Below are positions 1 to 13,757 of a DNA stretch of 64,000 bases, piece by piece (the first letter of the stretch is position 1; every line of letters starts with the position of its first letter). Under the pieces are notes generated by a model. That model saw only the letters and a list, made by a program, of their open reading frames with translations. It ran no database searches and was not told where the DNA came from. Source of the stretch: Eledone cirrhosa (Eukaryota); the NCBI GenBank assembly GCA_964016885.1, contig OZ024740.1, positions 241,180,001-241,244,000 of the forward strand. The letters run 5' to 3'. The position numbers and the translations under genes are program-made.

Positions 1-315
1 ATATATGAACTCTCCTCTCTAAATATGTATGTAAAAACTAATAATTTTTCTTCCACTTTTTATTATTCGTATAAATATGTGGCATAACTAATAACTACAT
101 TATGCATATCCGCAGTTGAAAAAGCGCATAAAATGGTGAAACCGGTATTATTAAATGCGGAAATATCCATTTTATAAATGAATGGTTTGATATTATACTG
201 AAAGAATCTCTTCAGCATTTTCTACAGAAACATTATTTTTCCTCTCTATTATTTGTTTTTATATATATCAACTCGTGTGTTACTTTTCTACATTCCATAT
301 ATATATATATATATA

Positions 316-478
316 TAACGAAGGAAATGTGGTAAGGAACCAGGTGGACCATAACGCACCAAAGTACTCAATACTTAGGGTAGTAGAGTGGGTAATAGGA
401 ACAAGTAAGACCCCGACGGCTGAGCTCAAGCCGTTTCGACGAAACGGCTTGAGCTCAGCCGTCGGGGTCTTACTTGTT

Positions 479-483
<5 letters not shown>
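316..483. mobile_element. Fold-back PLE-terminus-like unit: perfect 89-bp palindrome (395-483) carrying the 3' half of a hammerhead ribozyme
   Basis: ATAGGAACAAGTAAGACCCCGACGGCTGAGCTCAAGCCGTTTCG-A-CGAAACGGCTTGAGCTCAGCCGTCGGGGTCTTACTTGTTCCTAT. Each arm reads GAAA-CGGC...GCC-GTC (helix III plus GUC site). Flanked by (TA)n; homologous unit at 63163-63326. Confidence 0.75.
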
Positions 484-515
<32 letters not shown>

Positions 516-1404
516 AGATAGATAGATCATTAATTACATTTTTAAAATGTAGAGGAAAATTGACGATGGGCCTTATTACCGAGACGTCTGAATCTATACG
601 TTGATAATGAAAATTCATTGGTGACACAAAGAGGCTTTCTTACATATTTTAGATATTTATGAATAATAAAAGGCTAAATCAACTTCAGCAACACATAAAA
701 TCAATAACATGTACCTTAAAATAAATACGAAAATTCACATTAAAATCACTGAGTACAGGACTAGTTCTGTTTCTTTCAATGAAGAAAATGTCGGACACAT
801 ACGCACCCGTGCATGTGTCTGTTAATGTCTCATAATATTATATAGGGCAGTTATCCTTCTCCATATAATAACCGCCAAGTACGTTATTCATTATTCTCCG
901 TGCTTTAAGCGCAGGAGCCAGAAATATATTCTTCACCGCGGTGAAATGTATCTACAATGATAAATTATAATTTCGGATATAAACCCCAAGGTCGTAAACT
1001 TTGGGGGAAATATTTAGTCTATTTCTATTTTCTCGACTCCATCCCAAAAGAAAGGCAAACACTTTGCCCCAGATGGATTTGTATGTCATCTTATATCAGC
1101 AGCTTCCTCGACACAAAGTACACTCAGTATACACATCTGGAGTCTAAATGAGTCGGGATGTGAATCCAGATTAACCTTTATATATTATACTGTATTGTGT
1201 TAAGTCTAAGGTCACTTTTCACCGATGGTAGATGTGGGTTACAAATCAGCTCCATCTATTTTATGTACTATTTTGGAAATGCATTTGGTGTTGAATTGGT
1301 GGGAATGTATTTGCTATGCCGAGCTGCAAGGAATTGGGAGGGGGAGGGCGGCAATAAAACAGCTGGGTTGGATATGGAGATCGATTGTAATGTATAAAAG
1401 CATG

Positions 1405-2550
1405 ATGTTTAAAGGATTGCGTTTGCAAGCAAGAGGAAAAGGATTCCTTGACCAAACATACCAACAAACCTCAGGACTGCCCATGGGATCAAGCTGTCGG
1501 GTGTGCTAGCGATCTCTTACATGGACAACCTCGAGCGCAAGGCACTCAACGCCTGCCACCCCAACGCCGTCGCCTTTTTCTCAAGGTACGTGGACGATAT
1601 CCACATCCTCACATCTTCCCAAGACATGGCGAACAGAATCTATGAGACGTTCAACAACACGGACGAGAACATTGACTTCAGCGTTGAACACCCCAACTAA
1701 GACGGGTCACTTGCCCTCCTCGACTTCCGAATCAACATCACGGAACAGGGAGGGATCCACTGCAACTTCTACCGAAAGACAGCCTGCAGGGACCTGTTCG
1801 TCCACTACAAGTCCGCCCTCCCTAACAGTGCCAAAAGAGATACATCACGAACGAGATCGCGCGAATCAAAAACAGATGCAGCGATCCCGCGAGTGGTGTC
1901 ACTCATACCAAGCGATTCCTCGAGGTGCTGGAGACGAACGGGTACCCTACCTCGCTCACAGACAGAGTAGGAAACACCAGACGCAAGAGACAGAGAAGCA
2001 CCCAAGGCAAGTGCTTCCTTAAAATGCCACACCTGGGAGAGAATACCACCAACGCTATCCGCAAGGCTATACGGAGGGCCTCGACATCCACCTGGCCCAC
2101 TCGTGTCCCTCGCTGCGAAGATGCCTCTCCAGGAAACCCGGGAAATCAACTGACGCGTGCTCCCTCAGAGACTGCCCGATGCGCCATGCGAACTGTTGCC
2201 TACGCACATACGTCGTGTATAAGATAGAATTTAACAAGTGCAACCAATACTATATAGGTAGCACAATCCGGCCGTTGCCCATCCGGATCAAGGAACACAC
2301 TAAAACCAGGGCCTCGTCTTTCCGGAAACACATATCCAAATGCGAAAACAAAGACGGAAGGCCCATTGTCACAATTCTAGCGACAGAAAGAAACGTCGGC
2401 ACCACGTTACGTATCAAGGAAGCACTTTGGATCAAACGCCTAGGGCCACAATTAAACAACCGACCCGAGAGAAGCGAAATGAGGTGGTTGGTTTAAGTTA
2501 ACAAACGATGCAGCAACACACGCACACACACACACAAGCGAGACAGCAAC

Positions 2551-2612
<62 letters not shown>

Positions 2613-3141
2613 GCATTCCACCATACGAACATACTACACTGCCAATACAGAGGAACAAGGCAACAACACACACGCACACACACACACAGTAACATTCAAC
2701 AAACAGGCAGAGAATGGACTGACAGCTAGCGCCACCCCACTCCCACAATTGAAAGAACAACTTCGGCCGCTGACCTCTGCCTGACCGACCCCATTTCACG
2801 CGCACGCGCGCTCTGCTGAATACCTCAGATATTCAAAACAACGAACAGCGGAGAACACGTTTCGCACCTTTCCGACTGACAACCTTTCCCCCACCCCGGA
2901 AAATACCCCTAGTTGATGGATGTGAATCCGAAATATATAGGGACAATTAAATCTCTCCCAAGGTAACTCTTTCTCGTGTTGTTATTTTTATTTTTATCCT
3001 TTACGCTCTATCCTTCATTCCTCTACACGTCTTATACACGCCACGCATCTCAACGTACACCCACTTACATCTCTCTCTCCACCACCGGATCCTGTTACCC
3101 GGAGATTTACCCACCTGCATTGTCGAGGCTTCCAAACGACT

Positions 3142-3143
<2 letters not shown>
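1405..3143 (+). mobile_element. 5'-truncated, frameshifted Penelope/Poseidon-type PLE (RT C-half, GIY-YIG endonuclease, 3' pLTR)
   Basis: Successive frames give GLPMGS (RT motif B), FFSRYVDDI (catalytic motif) and VVYKIEFNKCNQYYIGSTIRPLPIRIKEH...LRIKEALWIK..GPQLN (GIY-YIG). The 3' region has (CA)n and an HHR-like motif and ends at (TA)n. Confidence 0.9.
2906..2942 (+). ncRNA. Degenerate minimal hammerhead-like motif in PLE pLTR
   Basis: CCC-CTAGTTGAT-GGAT(GTGA)ATCC-GAAA-TATA-TA-GGG: helix I, helix II, GAAA and palindromic helix III are present but the CUGANGA box is corrupted. Confidence 0.45.
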
Positions 3144-3205
<62 letters not shown>

Positions 3206-3249
3206 TATATGTATATATATTTGCTTTTACTGCAACACTCCATTTGACG

Positions 3250-3810
3250 AGTGGCATCGATAGGCCTTGCTCTTTAAGGCCCCATATGAGAGAGATGGAA
3301 TTACCTTTTCTCCTGTTCTAAATGGAGGCGATGTGTTCCGATAAGACTGATATACATTTTGAGTGTCCCGTCAATGACAGAAATATTGGCTTTATACATC
3401 AGCTCCTCTGCAAGAAATCTACTGTTCAATGAGCAGTCGGTTGAGCGTTAGGTGGGCTCATCATTTCTGGTGTTCTTATTGTGATTGAAAAATTGTGATC
3501 CCATGTTACCTCGAAGCTATAACTAACTCTTATCGTATGGCTATTGAAGATCTTAGGGTATATATAGGTTACGGAGAAAGGGTCCTATTAGTGTTAGGAT
3601 GTGTATAGCTATATTAGGAGTTACATTCATGCTATAGGATGGAATAGGTGACGCTATATTTCTGCTCATGTGTTCACTCGTTCTAGTAGAGTTTAGTTCT
3701 TTATAGCTACTTTTTTTAGCCACATTTCAGTAATTATCTAAGGATAATGTTGAGACGTGTCTGCTGATACTGTTGATTTGAGCCATATTAATATTAATAT
3801 TGATTTATTA
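3250..3810 (-). pseudogene. Decayed PLE linker/GIY-YIG fragment
   Basis: Minus strand translates to YPKIFNSHTIRVSYSF, matching HKLLNRSTIKLSFS of the intact ORF at 31944; followed by a KMYIS..GT-like segment. Confidence 0.6.
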
Positions 3811-4799
3811 CCGTGGTATGAGTAAAAAAAAAAATTGTAGCAAGCGAGTATAATCAATCGTACGGGTCAGTCCATCTCTGGAACTTATACGACGAGTATG
3901 TATGATGTCACTCACCTTGCTAGAAATAGTAACACAATATCCCTAGAACCATTCTTGGCATCTTAAAAACGGAAGTATACTTTAAATAATGTAATACTGG
4001 ATGTATTATAATTCTGCTCAGTTAGTCCTGGCTAGAGATAAACAACAACAATAACAATGAAGACAACAAAAAACAATGGTTGCGCATTTTATATATCACT
4101 GGAAGGAGAAAAATAAAAATCCAATTCTAGATTTTCTGAGACCATTTTTAAGAACAAAAAAGAATCGTTTAATTTATAAATGTAAATATACCAAGTTCTC
4201 ACTTCCCTCTACATTTTGCAAAGCCACATTTTTATTATTTAAATTAGAACACAGTAACTAATTCAAGAGGTGGGTCATACTTTACTGATCTGACACCAGA
4301 ACATGCGTAATACAAATTTTATTGAGCCTTGGATGGTTAAAAGATAATATTGATCCCCCGTAAAAGGACGTAACTAATACTCCAAGGTATTTAATACATA
4401 TTCTATCGTTTTGGTTAATTCAGAAGTGAAGCTAGGGAATTTACGAGTGTAACGTCAGTTTGCAGAGCCTATCAAAACTTCTTCCGTGAGTTTCATGAAA
4501 GCAAGATTTTGTATGATGAATGTGCTTAAATTATTACACAAAGCCAATGACTTAATATTCCTTGATTATATCGGCACCAGAATCATTGTTCCTTTATCAT
4601 TTGACATGAAGTTTATAATTATTGATTTCGAATTATTAACACATAAAAATATACGGAATGACTGTATCAACGTTAAACATTCGAATATTTTCCTGAAGTA
4701 TTCATGATATGTTGAAACGATAAACGATCTCATATTGACTAAAAATAATCCTAGTTGAAGTATGATATGTAAATGTAGAAAAGGAGGCAAATAGTAAAG

Positions 4800-4895
4800 T
4801 AATAATTGTTTCTACATTTGACACAAGGCCAACAATTACCCAGTACATTACTGGTACTTTATTTTATCGACCCCGTAAGGATGAAAGGCAAAGTT
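4800..4895 (-). mobile_element. SINE 3' fragment (Nin/Deu-domain-like family)
   Basis: Reverse complement of CTTTGCCTTTCATCCTTACGGGGTCGATAAAATAAAGTACCAGT...GTAGAAACAATTATT. Confidence 0.85.
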
Positions 4896-5137
4896 AAGAA
4901 ATGATGTTCAGTAATTCGTTCGCACGTTTTCAAAGATTTGAAGGATATTTACAAACTACAAGAAACATTAAAGAGAAAATTGTCACATCCCTTTACACGT
5001 TGCACACAATATTTATAGCATAGACGTAAGTTTCTGCTAGGCAGAATGCCTGACTCAGATCCAATTCCCGATACTAGCTATACATTTCAATTTAATTACT
5101 TCGGTGATGGTCATGAGAAAAGGCAAAACGTTACGTA

Positions 5138-5139
<2 letters not shown>

Positions 5140-5168
<29 letters not shown>

Positions 5169-5570
5169 CTTCTTCTTCTTCTTCTTCTTCAGAAAACCGT
5201 AGGAACAGAATCCTCAGACACCACTTCCAGAGTATCCTATCAGAAACAACCCTTTGCTAATGATCCGGCGGGGGGATCATTAAGCAAGACCAACAGAGCT
5301 TACGGATGTTGTTATCCAACCATCTTGCTCGTAGTCTACCTGTAGGTCTCTTACCTGGTTGTTTCATCTGTAAAATCTGTCCAACGATTCTTTCCTTAGA
5401 CATTCAAACCACATGTCCTCGATGCAGAGAAGTAGCGACTCCCTGATCTCCGAGCCACACACAATATCGAGTAACGTTACTTCAAAGATCATTCGGAGAA
5501 ACCATATTTTGGTCGCTTGTATTCGCGATTGTATTCTTTCTGACATCATCCAATATAAGGTAAGGGCAGC
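5140..5570 (-). mobile_element. RTE-clade LINE 3' end with (GAA)n tail
   Basis: ORF 5364-5591 (RIQSRIQATKIWFLR...VTLLD...SEIRESL) is homologous to 15698-15994; (TTC)n at 5140-5190. Confidence 0.8.
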
Positions 5571-6117
5571 TGAATTATCGTGTAAATGCATTCAACCAGA
5601 TTACGGTGCAGTTAAACATCGATTATCCGAACGACTGCGTGAAAAGTATATATACAGATGTTTATGTCATTCAAATCATTCCAGCCGTTAAACTGCTCTC
5701 TAATGGTTCTTTGATACTTATTCACCACGACCCAGATACTAAAAAATCTCGCTTTTCTGATAAGTTGTCAATGGTGTCCACTTTCGTTTCACAGACACGG
5801 TAACACCAACAAAATTAATTACTTATAGCAAATACCTACTTGAAACAAAATCGTAATGTGACGAAGATACCGCAGATTCCGACATGCTTTTAAACCTTTT
5901 AACTGATGTCAGTCATTTTTTTGTTGTGTTAAAATTGATTTAACCTTACATGGTCGATTATATTTTCACGTTGAAATTATTTTAACACTGTTTAAAGTAA
6001 TCAACTGAGATCAAACAAGCAAACTGAACGACACGTGTCATTTTGAAAAAAATGTGACCCAAAGGTCACATGACATTTAAAAATATAATAACTTTTTGCA
6101 ATTAATAACTTTTTACC

Positions 6118-6361
6118 TATCGTGTGCAAGTCGGAGATCACCTTCTGTCGAGTTAAATAACACCATGTCGTCTGAAAATTCCAGCCGACTGATTTTACTC
6201 CCACCAGTCATGATACCACTTCCAACCCGGCTGCGCATGTCAATCCTGTTCATGTAAATAATAAACAGGAGAGTCCAACTCCCAATGAATGGTTTCGATT
6301 TAGCACCATTTATCCGAACAAAAAATTCTTTGGCATTCGTATAGAGACACCAGGGCAGCAA
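6118..6361 (-). mobile_element. RTE-clade LINE RT fragment (same family as 14965-16207)
   Basis: VRINGAKSKPF...KISRLEFSDDMVL matches ORF 15120-15497. Confidence 0.8.
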
Positions 6362-6445
6362 GATTAGGGTTAAACTTTAGGGTTTGGATCTAGGTTTAAG
6401 GTTTTGGGTTTTAAGTTAGGATTTAGTGTTAGGTTTAGGTTTAAA
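6362..6445 (+). repeat. Degenerate TTAGGG-like hexamer tract
   Basis: GATTAGGGTTAAACTTTAGGGTTTGGATCTAGGTTTAAGGTTTTGGGTTTTAAGTTAGGATTTAGTGTTAGGTTTAGGTTT. Confidence 0.65.
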
Positions 6446-7433
6446 CTGAGAATGGGGAATCGAAAGAAATGAATTTGTGATTTCTGTGGAGCAGTCTAAA
6501 GAAATGTTTTGAAAAAAAAAAAAAAAAAAAATGTTACGGCGTGTGTGCGTTCGTGATGGGGTGGAGAGGGAGAGGCTATTCTACAATATATTTACTTTTT
6601 ATCAATAATATATATTATACTGACTGCATTGTTGCGGCTGCAATGCCTTACATTTTAAAGTGGATTATTGAAACGTAATTAACATTTTAAGAAGTAAAAT
6701 TAATCATGTGTATCTCTTACAATTAATATGAAATAATAAAGTTATGCAGAATCACCAGGATTTTCATTAAAAGATATTGACTACTACTGTGTGCTTTATT
6801 TTTCTAGCTAATTTTAAAACCAATATCTTCAACCTAATTACTAAGTGTTATATTAAATTCGAAATGCAAAATTCCGCTTTTATAATTATTTACTAACATA
6901 AATTGTTGTAGCTCAAGGCCACTAATTTTATAACAACGGAATAAAATTGTTACATTTATAGCTGGCTGTTTAGGAACTCAGCTGGCTGGAGGCTTTAGGA
7001 TATTTATGTAGCATACTTTGACACTTTAAAATAAGTGAAATATTGATTCCTTTGACTTGGCACATTAAAAATGTTGAAGCTGGGGAAGCACAGTGGATTG
7101 AATTAACTTCAATACGTTAGTGCTACTTATTTTATCACCGAGAGGGATGAAATATAAAATTGGTCTGGTGGGATTTCAACTTCGAAAGTAGATATATGCA
7201 ACTATATTTTGTAAGGTATGTGTGTTCTGTCATTTCTTGCTAACTCTTTTTCCTAATTTTTCTCCTCAATGAAGAACGACTAAAGTGCACCTATGATCCT
7301 GTGAGACGAAACTTAGAGTAACAAAACTCCTCACTTAACCATTATAAAAAATATTTAACACTACGGTATTCACTATTTTTTCTCACGTCTGTCAATATCA
7401 CATGAATATATATATATATATATATATGTATGA

Positions 7434-7565
7434 TTATTTCTGAAGACAGCATATATATGTGTAGGTATGTATATTTCCTCTGATAGTTTGTAAATTTTTT
7501 ACATAGATCTATATGATATACATACCAACACACACATATATATCCTAGAAACGATCGTAAAATGA
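7434..7565 (+). ncRNA. Type I hammerhead-like ribozyme with ~100-nt helix II, within a ~330-bp unit (7428-7758) between (TA)n tracts
   Basis: TTATTT-CTGAAGA-[...GGTATGTATAT...ATATACATACC...]-GAAAC-GATC-GTA-AAATGA; homologous to 11161-11488. Confidence 0.7.
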
Positions 7566-7755
7566 TGAATTTTTTAATATAAGGAACTGTTTCTTTGTTT
7601 TTATTCATTGTTTTTATTAATTTATCTTGACTCTGTTTTCCTATGATTTTCATCTAAAAAAACTTTTGAATACATCTTCTCTTTTCATGATATTTGGATT
7701 ACATTGAGTTCTTCATACGGATTGGATACTACCGTATATTTTGGTAGATTTATCT

Positions 7756-7788
<33 letters not shown>

Positions 7789-8252
7789 CTCATGTGCCAC
7801 TTGGAGGATCTGCGTGTGATATGGCGCATGTCTGAAATTTTTTCAGACCTGACATCTTGTTAGTAATATAAGTATGCTCCTAAATATTATTTTAGTAGAG
7901 TTTTATACAGTTGAAAGGTTTTGGCTGCTATTTATAGCTATCAATATACCTATTCACGTCACCAAGACAATGCTAAGATGCCGTGTCTTTTTCCTAACTT
8001 CATGTTTGTTTTCGACAGTCTCTGATTTGTATTAGAGGTGTAAGTTCATATAGTTCGATTTTCTCTCTCACTGACGATGCAAAATTGACTATTGAACTTC
8101 ACAATTTAATGGTAAAACACACTTCTGAAGCAATAATGGAATATGTATGAGAGAGTATAAATAATTATTGAAAGTAATACATTTATATATATATGATTAT
8201 TTATGTTTAATCAAGATTACATAATATTCATTCATGATTTATTCAAAGTAAT

Positions 8253-8439
8253 GGTGGTGGATTGGCAGTATCGGTAGAGGGTCGGACACTATGCTTTGCA
8301 GCATAAAGTTACGGCCCTTTATGATCTGAGTTCAAATCCCGCCCAGGTTAACTTTGCCTTTCATCCTTACGGGGTCGATAAAATGAAGTACCAGTAATGT
8401 ACTGAGTAATTGCTGACATTGTGCCAAAAAGTAGAAACA
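8253..8439 (+). mobile_element. Full-length tRNA-derived SINE with 19-bp TSD
   Basis: A-box-like TGGCAGTATCGG, B-box-like GAGTTCAAATCC, conserved GCCTTTCATCCTTACGGGGTCGATAAA domain; ATGATTTATTCAAAGTAAT repeated at 8234-8252 and 8440-8458. Confidence 0.9.
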
Positions 8440-8884
8440 ATGATTTATTCAAAGTAATCCAACTTATTTTAATAAATAACTATAAATAACTTCATAAAAA
8501 ACAACTCTGTCTCAGTCTCGTAGTAGAAGATGTCAATAATTTTAATTGTATATATATATATATAAACATAGATACATATATATCTTCATATACTCCTTAT
8601 ACAACACTACCCAACAACAAAAATAATCCTAAACTGGAAAAAAAGAAACACCACACAAAATACTATTACCCGGTTGAATAAAAATAAAAACGCCCCCAAA
8701 ACCTTTCGTGTCAGATACCATTTTAATTTCAATTATATTTAATTAGGTAATTGTATCGTATGGTGCATTTATGGCTAGTTTAGGTTTGTTGTATTTGGTT
8801 CTTGAGTAAGATTGTGTAAAAAAAGTTATATATATTGTACCAAGCTACAGAGTTGGAAAAATTATAGAACATATATGGTTTCTA

Positions 8885-9095
8885 TTTTAGGCTAATTAAG
8901 GTACATGGCCAGGAATTTGAACGAGGATGAGCCGATTACATTGAACTAGTACTTGATTGATGCTGTATTGCATCGACCCCCAGAAGGATGAAAGGCAAAG
9001 TTGACCTCAGCGGCATTTGAACTATGAACGTAAAGAGCCGGAAAAAATGGTGCTTAGCACTTATCCGAGGCTCTAATGACTCCGCCAATCCACTA
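8885..9095 (-). mobile_element. Diverged SINE copy
   Basis: TCGACCCCCAGAAGGATGAAAGGCAAAGTTGACCTCAGCGGCATTTGAAC...GCCAATCCAC on the plus strand is the SINE in reverse. Confidence 0.8.
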
Positions 9096-9174
9096 TCAAC
9101 AAAAACAATAAACACAAGCCTAAATTAGCCAAAACACACCATACAAAATAGAATTACTTAGTTAAACAAAATTA

Positions 9175-10335
9175 TCTCTCTAGACGCTAAAATCCACCAG
9201 TTGCTGACTGCGCATCCATAAAGTTCGATCGCCAACAGCAGAGTTTAAAGAGCAAAGGTCAAGTCCTGTCCATAAGTTGACATTATCAAGCCCGCGTTTT
9301 GACTACCGACCTCGTCTTCTCTTACCAGCCAACCTTCCTTCTAGGCATAACTTACTCCACCACGAGTGATCTTTTTATATGACCATACAGTTTAAGCACT
9401 CTTGACCTGACAACCGATGTCATTGGTCTAAGCCTTGTGATGCTGAGCAGCTCACTGATACAGATATAGTCGCTGAGCCGCTTGCCAGTCATAAGTCTCA
9501 TGATGTGGTTCTGGAATGTAAAGATCTTCTGAAGTGACCTTGTCGTCCAATTAACAAAATCAAGATTATATAACACAACTGGTAGGATGTAAGTAGAAGA
9601 TATTAACCTTCAAATGATAGGAAACTCGTTTTGATGTATGTTAGCACTTCCTTCTTCTTGTTGAAAACTGCCCAACCTAGAGCGATGCGATACTGCGCAG
9701 CAACCATTTCATTGTAGTTTGATGATAGTTTGTGACCGAGATATACAAACTCCGTAACTTGAGCAATTTTCTGGTTGTAGATTGTGAGTTGGCGATTGGC
9801 ATTGTTTTTATCAGTTGCCATACAACATTTGGAGATGTTGATGTGTAAGCCAGCCCCTAGCGAATGTTTGGCCAGTACATTCAGAAAGTTTTGCAGATCA
9901 GTTCTAGAGTAACTCATGATGGCCAAATCGTCTGCATAGCTAATATTTGATAGGATTTTACCTCCTATTTGATAGCCAGAGGAGCATTCTTCTTCAGTTT
10001 GGTAGATAAGTGCAGCTATAACTATACAGAAAAGAAGTGCTGACAGTACATCTCCCAACTTAACTCCCTTCAAGATGCATGTAGTTCCCAAATCTGTTTT
10101 GATATATGCTGTTGTGTTGGTGTAAGTTTCTTTCAATAGGTTGATGTATTTTTTGTTAATTGAGGTCTTGTTTAAGAGTTGTCACAAGCTGGGTAGTTTC
10201 ACGTTGTCAAAAGCTTTTGTGAAGTCAATAAAGGTGATGTGCACAGGGCTGTTGAATTCTATTGATTTCTCAATGATTTGTTCAATAGCTAGGATCTGCT
10301 CAATGGTGCGTCTTCCAGGTTGATACGCAGCTTGT
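9175..10335 (-). mobile_element. RTE-like LINE RT pseudogene fragment
   Basis: QAAYQPGRRTIEQI, FIDFTKAFDNV, GVKLGDVLSALLF, ISYADDL, FVYLG and LKLYGHIKR across frameshifts. Confidence 0.9.
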
Positions 10336-10374
10336 GTTTCAGGAAATGAGGTGTAAAGGTCTGACTTCTCTCGC

Positions 10375-10520
10375 GCTGCAATGGTCGGGTCGTCGGCGAC
10401 TAAACCGGCAACCCCACCAAGCCTGCTTGGTGAAAAGGATGATTTTGGACATCCAGCAGGATGAAAAACAAAACCTGCCAAAGGGTGGATGAACTTATGA
10501 GAGTTAACGGCCATCCAATA
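10375..10520 (+). mobile_element. RTE-type 5'-UTR fragment (GTCGTCGGCGACTAAAC family)
   Basis: Homologous to 35299-35478 (+) and 53640-53790 (-). Confidence 0.6.
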
Positions 10521-10921
10521 TTGCGTACATATGTAAATATTGTAAGAATACGTGTTTATGGGACTGTACTTTTTACCTTTTTACATTTTACTTTATAATT
10601 TTACACATTTTTTCTTTCTAAATCTACTTTTTAATCTATGTACATCCGTGAAGGTTAAAGCACCAAGTTGAGATCTAGCACGGAATAGCCTCTCTTGATG
10701 AGGGGTGGGGTGGGGTGGGGTGCAGTCTCTCTGAGTCTTGGTTGACAGACCACCTAGTGATGGTGTCACGATAAAAACACTGGTATTTGCGTTACCTTAC
10801 AAACGCTTTCTTGCAACATGCCTTGAGCCAGCATGGAAGAATAGGCTCATAAATTAACATGAAAAAGTCACCCCAGAGATTCGTTGTACAGAGGAGACCA
10901 CCTCCGGATCCTTGAAGGGTG

Positions 10922-10963
<42 letters not shown>

Positions 10964-10998
10964 TAATAAAAACAATGAAATAAAAACAATCAATGAAA

Positions 10999-11606
<608 letters not shown>

Positions 11607-13568
11607 TTATTATAAGAACAGATTAAAGTTTAAGCAAAGAATCGCTGCTTTAACCTTTAATATATATATATATATATGAAGTTCACTCTGAAGCCATGTG
11701 AGTGTAATCGTGTTTAGCCTTGTGAGTAAAACTGGATAGATATAAACTGTATTAAACCTCGGTGATGGATTGTAGCTTTTGTTACACATTGTGTCATGAT
11801 GATTCTACTGAGAATTACGTTAAAAGTGTCTGTGGAGTACTCATTTATATACATAGCAATTCAATGAGTAGGTAATTTTGTTCATCGGACGGGAGTCGAT
11901 ATATCAAATGTCATTTTGAGCTAATGGATTGTTCTTTCCGTCAAAAATTGTAGCCGTGCACCAATGTCAGAAATCACGAGTAATTCTTTTAAGTCATTCT
12001 TCAAAGTCAATTGCAGAGAAACAAATAGAGGAGATAAAAGACAAGGTTTAAAAGTGTGATTATTGTAAATGTTGAGTTGAAATATTGTGTTTAGTTAGCT
12101 AAATGTCTTGATATTAACATAATTGTTATATTTTAAGAGGGTTTAAACAATTTTTCCCATGTAGAAATTAAACATCTCAGAAATATGTCATGTTATCCAA
12201 TAAAAAATTGCTTTGATTGGAAATAAAATAATGAAGCGGATGTTATTCAGTTTTCATACTAACAGTTTGAAATAGAATTTCATATCGTGTAATGCAATTC
12301 TTTTTTATGATTTTATTTGAAGTAAAGTTTTGATTTTTTCCTGTCTGTTATCCGGTAATCCTCTTGCATTGCTAAACGGAACAATATTTTTTATGGAATC
12401 GAGCTGTCTTTATGGTCTTTCCATAGAAATAAAATAAATCACCTCGTTGCATTTTATGTCTTAATTTTTAAATATTATTCGAATATATGGATTAGTAGAT
12501 GTTTATTACATTTTATATTCTAGACTCATGGCGAATTCCGGAAAGATTAAATATAAAAGACTTGTACTCATAAAGTAATTACAATGTCTTTCTGTTATCG
12601 TTTTCCTATTTGTGTTTTTATGAAGATATTTAGTCATCAGTAAATGAAATGCAATAAAACTAAATAAATATAAGAACCAAACATATCTCAACTGAAAAAA
12701 AATCTCAATAAAAATCTCAATAAAAATCTCAATAAAAATTAATAGCTGCTATTAGATAACCATCAGTAAACTGAAACGTGTTACACATAAAGAATGGATT
12801 TACATAGATCTACTAGTATATATTTAATAAGCTTTTTCATATAGGCGTAAAGAACGGACTTTTAAGGAAAGAGTAGAAATTAAAAGTTAACATTCAAGCC
12901 CTTATCGAAAGTATTAACGATTTCATGTAGCAATCAAACAGAGCAACAGGCTCGGTTCAGAAAGAATTTACCGCTGGACACATCGCTTGTATTAATCATA
13001 AAGACTAGTTATTTATTAAAGAAATTAATTGATTGTTTATGTATGGTGGTACATTTGAGAAACATCGTAAAATATCAATAGAAAATGTTTGATGTTTTCC
13101 ATGGAAATTAATATTTTTTGTTAATCTTATGATGATAAGATTAATGTGAGAGATTAGGATAGAAATAAACACGAGACTAAATACAAAGAGTTTATACTCA
13201 AATCATTCGAAAGGGGATTAAAATTATTGGCGATAAATTATATTGAATTAAAAGTATAAAAACTAATCCGATTCAGCCAGGTAACGAAAGGATACACAGA
13301 AAAATAACGGGAATTATATCTTCAATACTAGAGATATGTGGAATTATATAGATTGAATTAAAGAATTATCCGATGAAGAATTATTGTTGTTTTAATGGCT
13401 TACAGTATTTTACCGATAAATGGATATTGATATTTTACAAATAAGTGATATTTGAATTCAGAAGCGAAAAGATCTAAGATATATGGATGAAAGCATCCGT
13501 AACACATAAACAGCTATAAATAGTTATCCAACTCTCAAATTACCGTTGTCAACTGATGTTTTATTATA

Positions 13569-13757
13569 GGTGGATTGGCAGTATCGGTAGAGGGTCGGGC
13601 GCCATGCTTTGAAGCATAGAGTTACCTCCCTTTATGATCTGAGTTCAAATCCCGCCGAGGTTAACTTCGCCTTTCATCCTTACGGGGTCGATAAAATAAA
13701 GTACCAGTAATGCACTGGGATAATTGCTGGCCTGGTGCCAAAAGTAGAAACAATTAT
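13569..13757 (+). mobile_element. Full-length SINE
   Basis: Same A/B boxes and central domain as 8253-8439. Confidence 0.9.

Noticed and set aside
7465-7548. GTATGT...CTAG inside the 7434 hammerhead read as an intron splitting the ribozyme
   Set aside because: The segment is better explained as a base-paired long helix II (GGTATGTATAT/ATATACATACC), and removing it does not give a good helix II.
8253-8340. tRNA genes at SINE heads
   Set aside because: Only A/B boxes are retained; there is no cloverleaf and the sequence continues into a SINE body.
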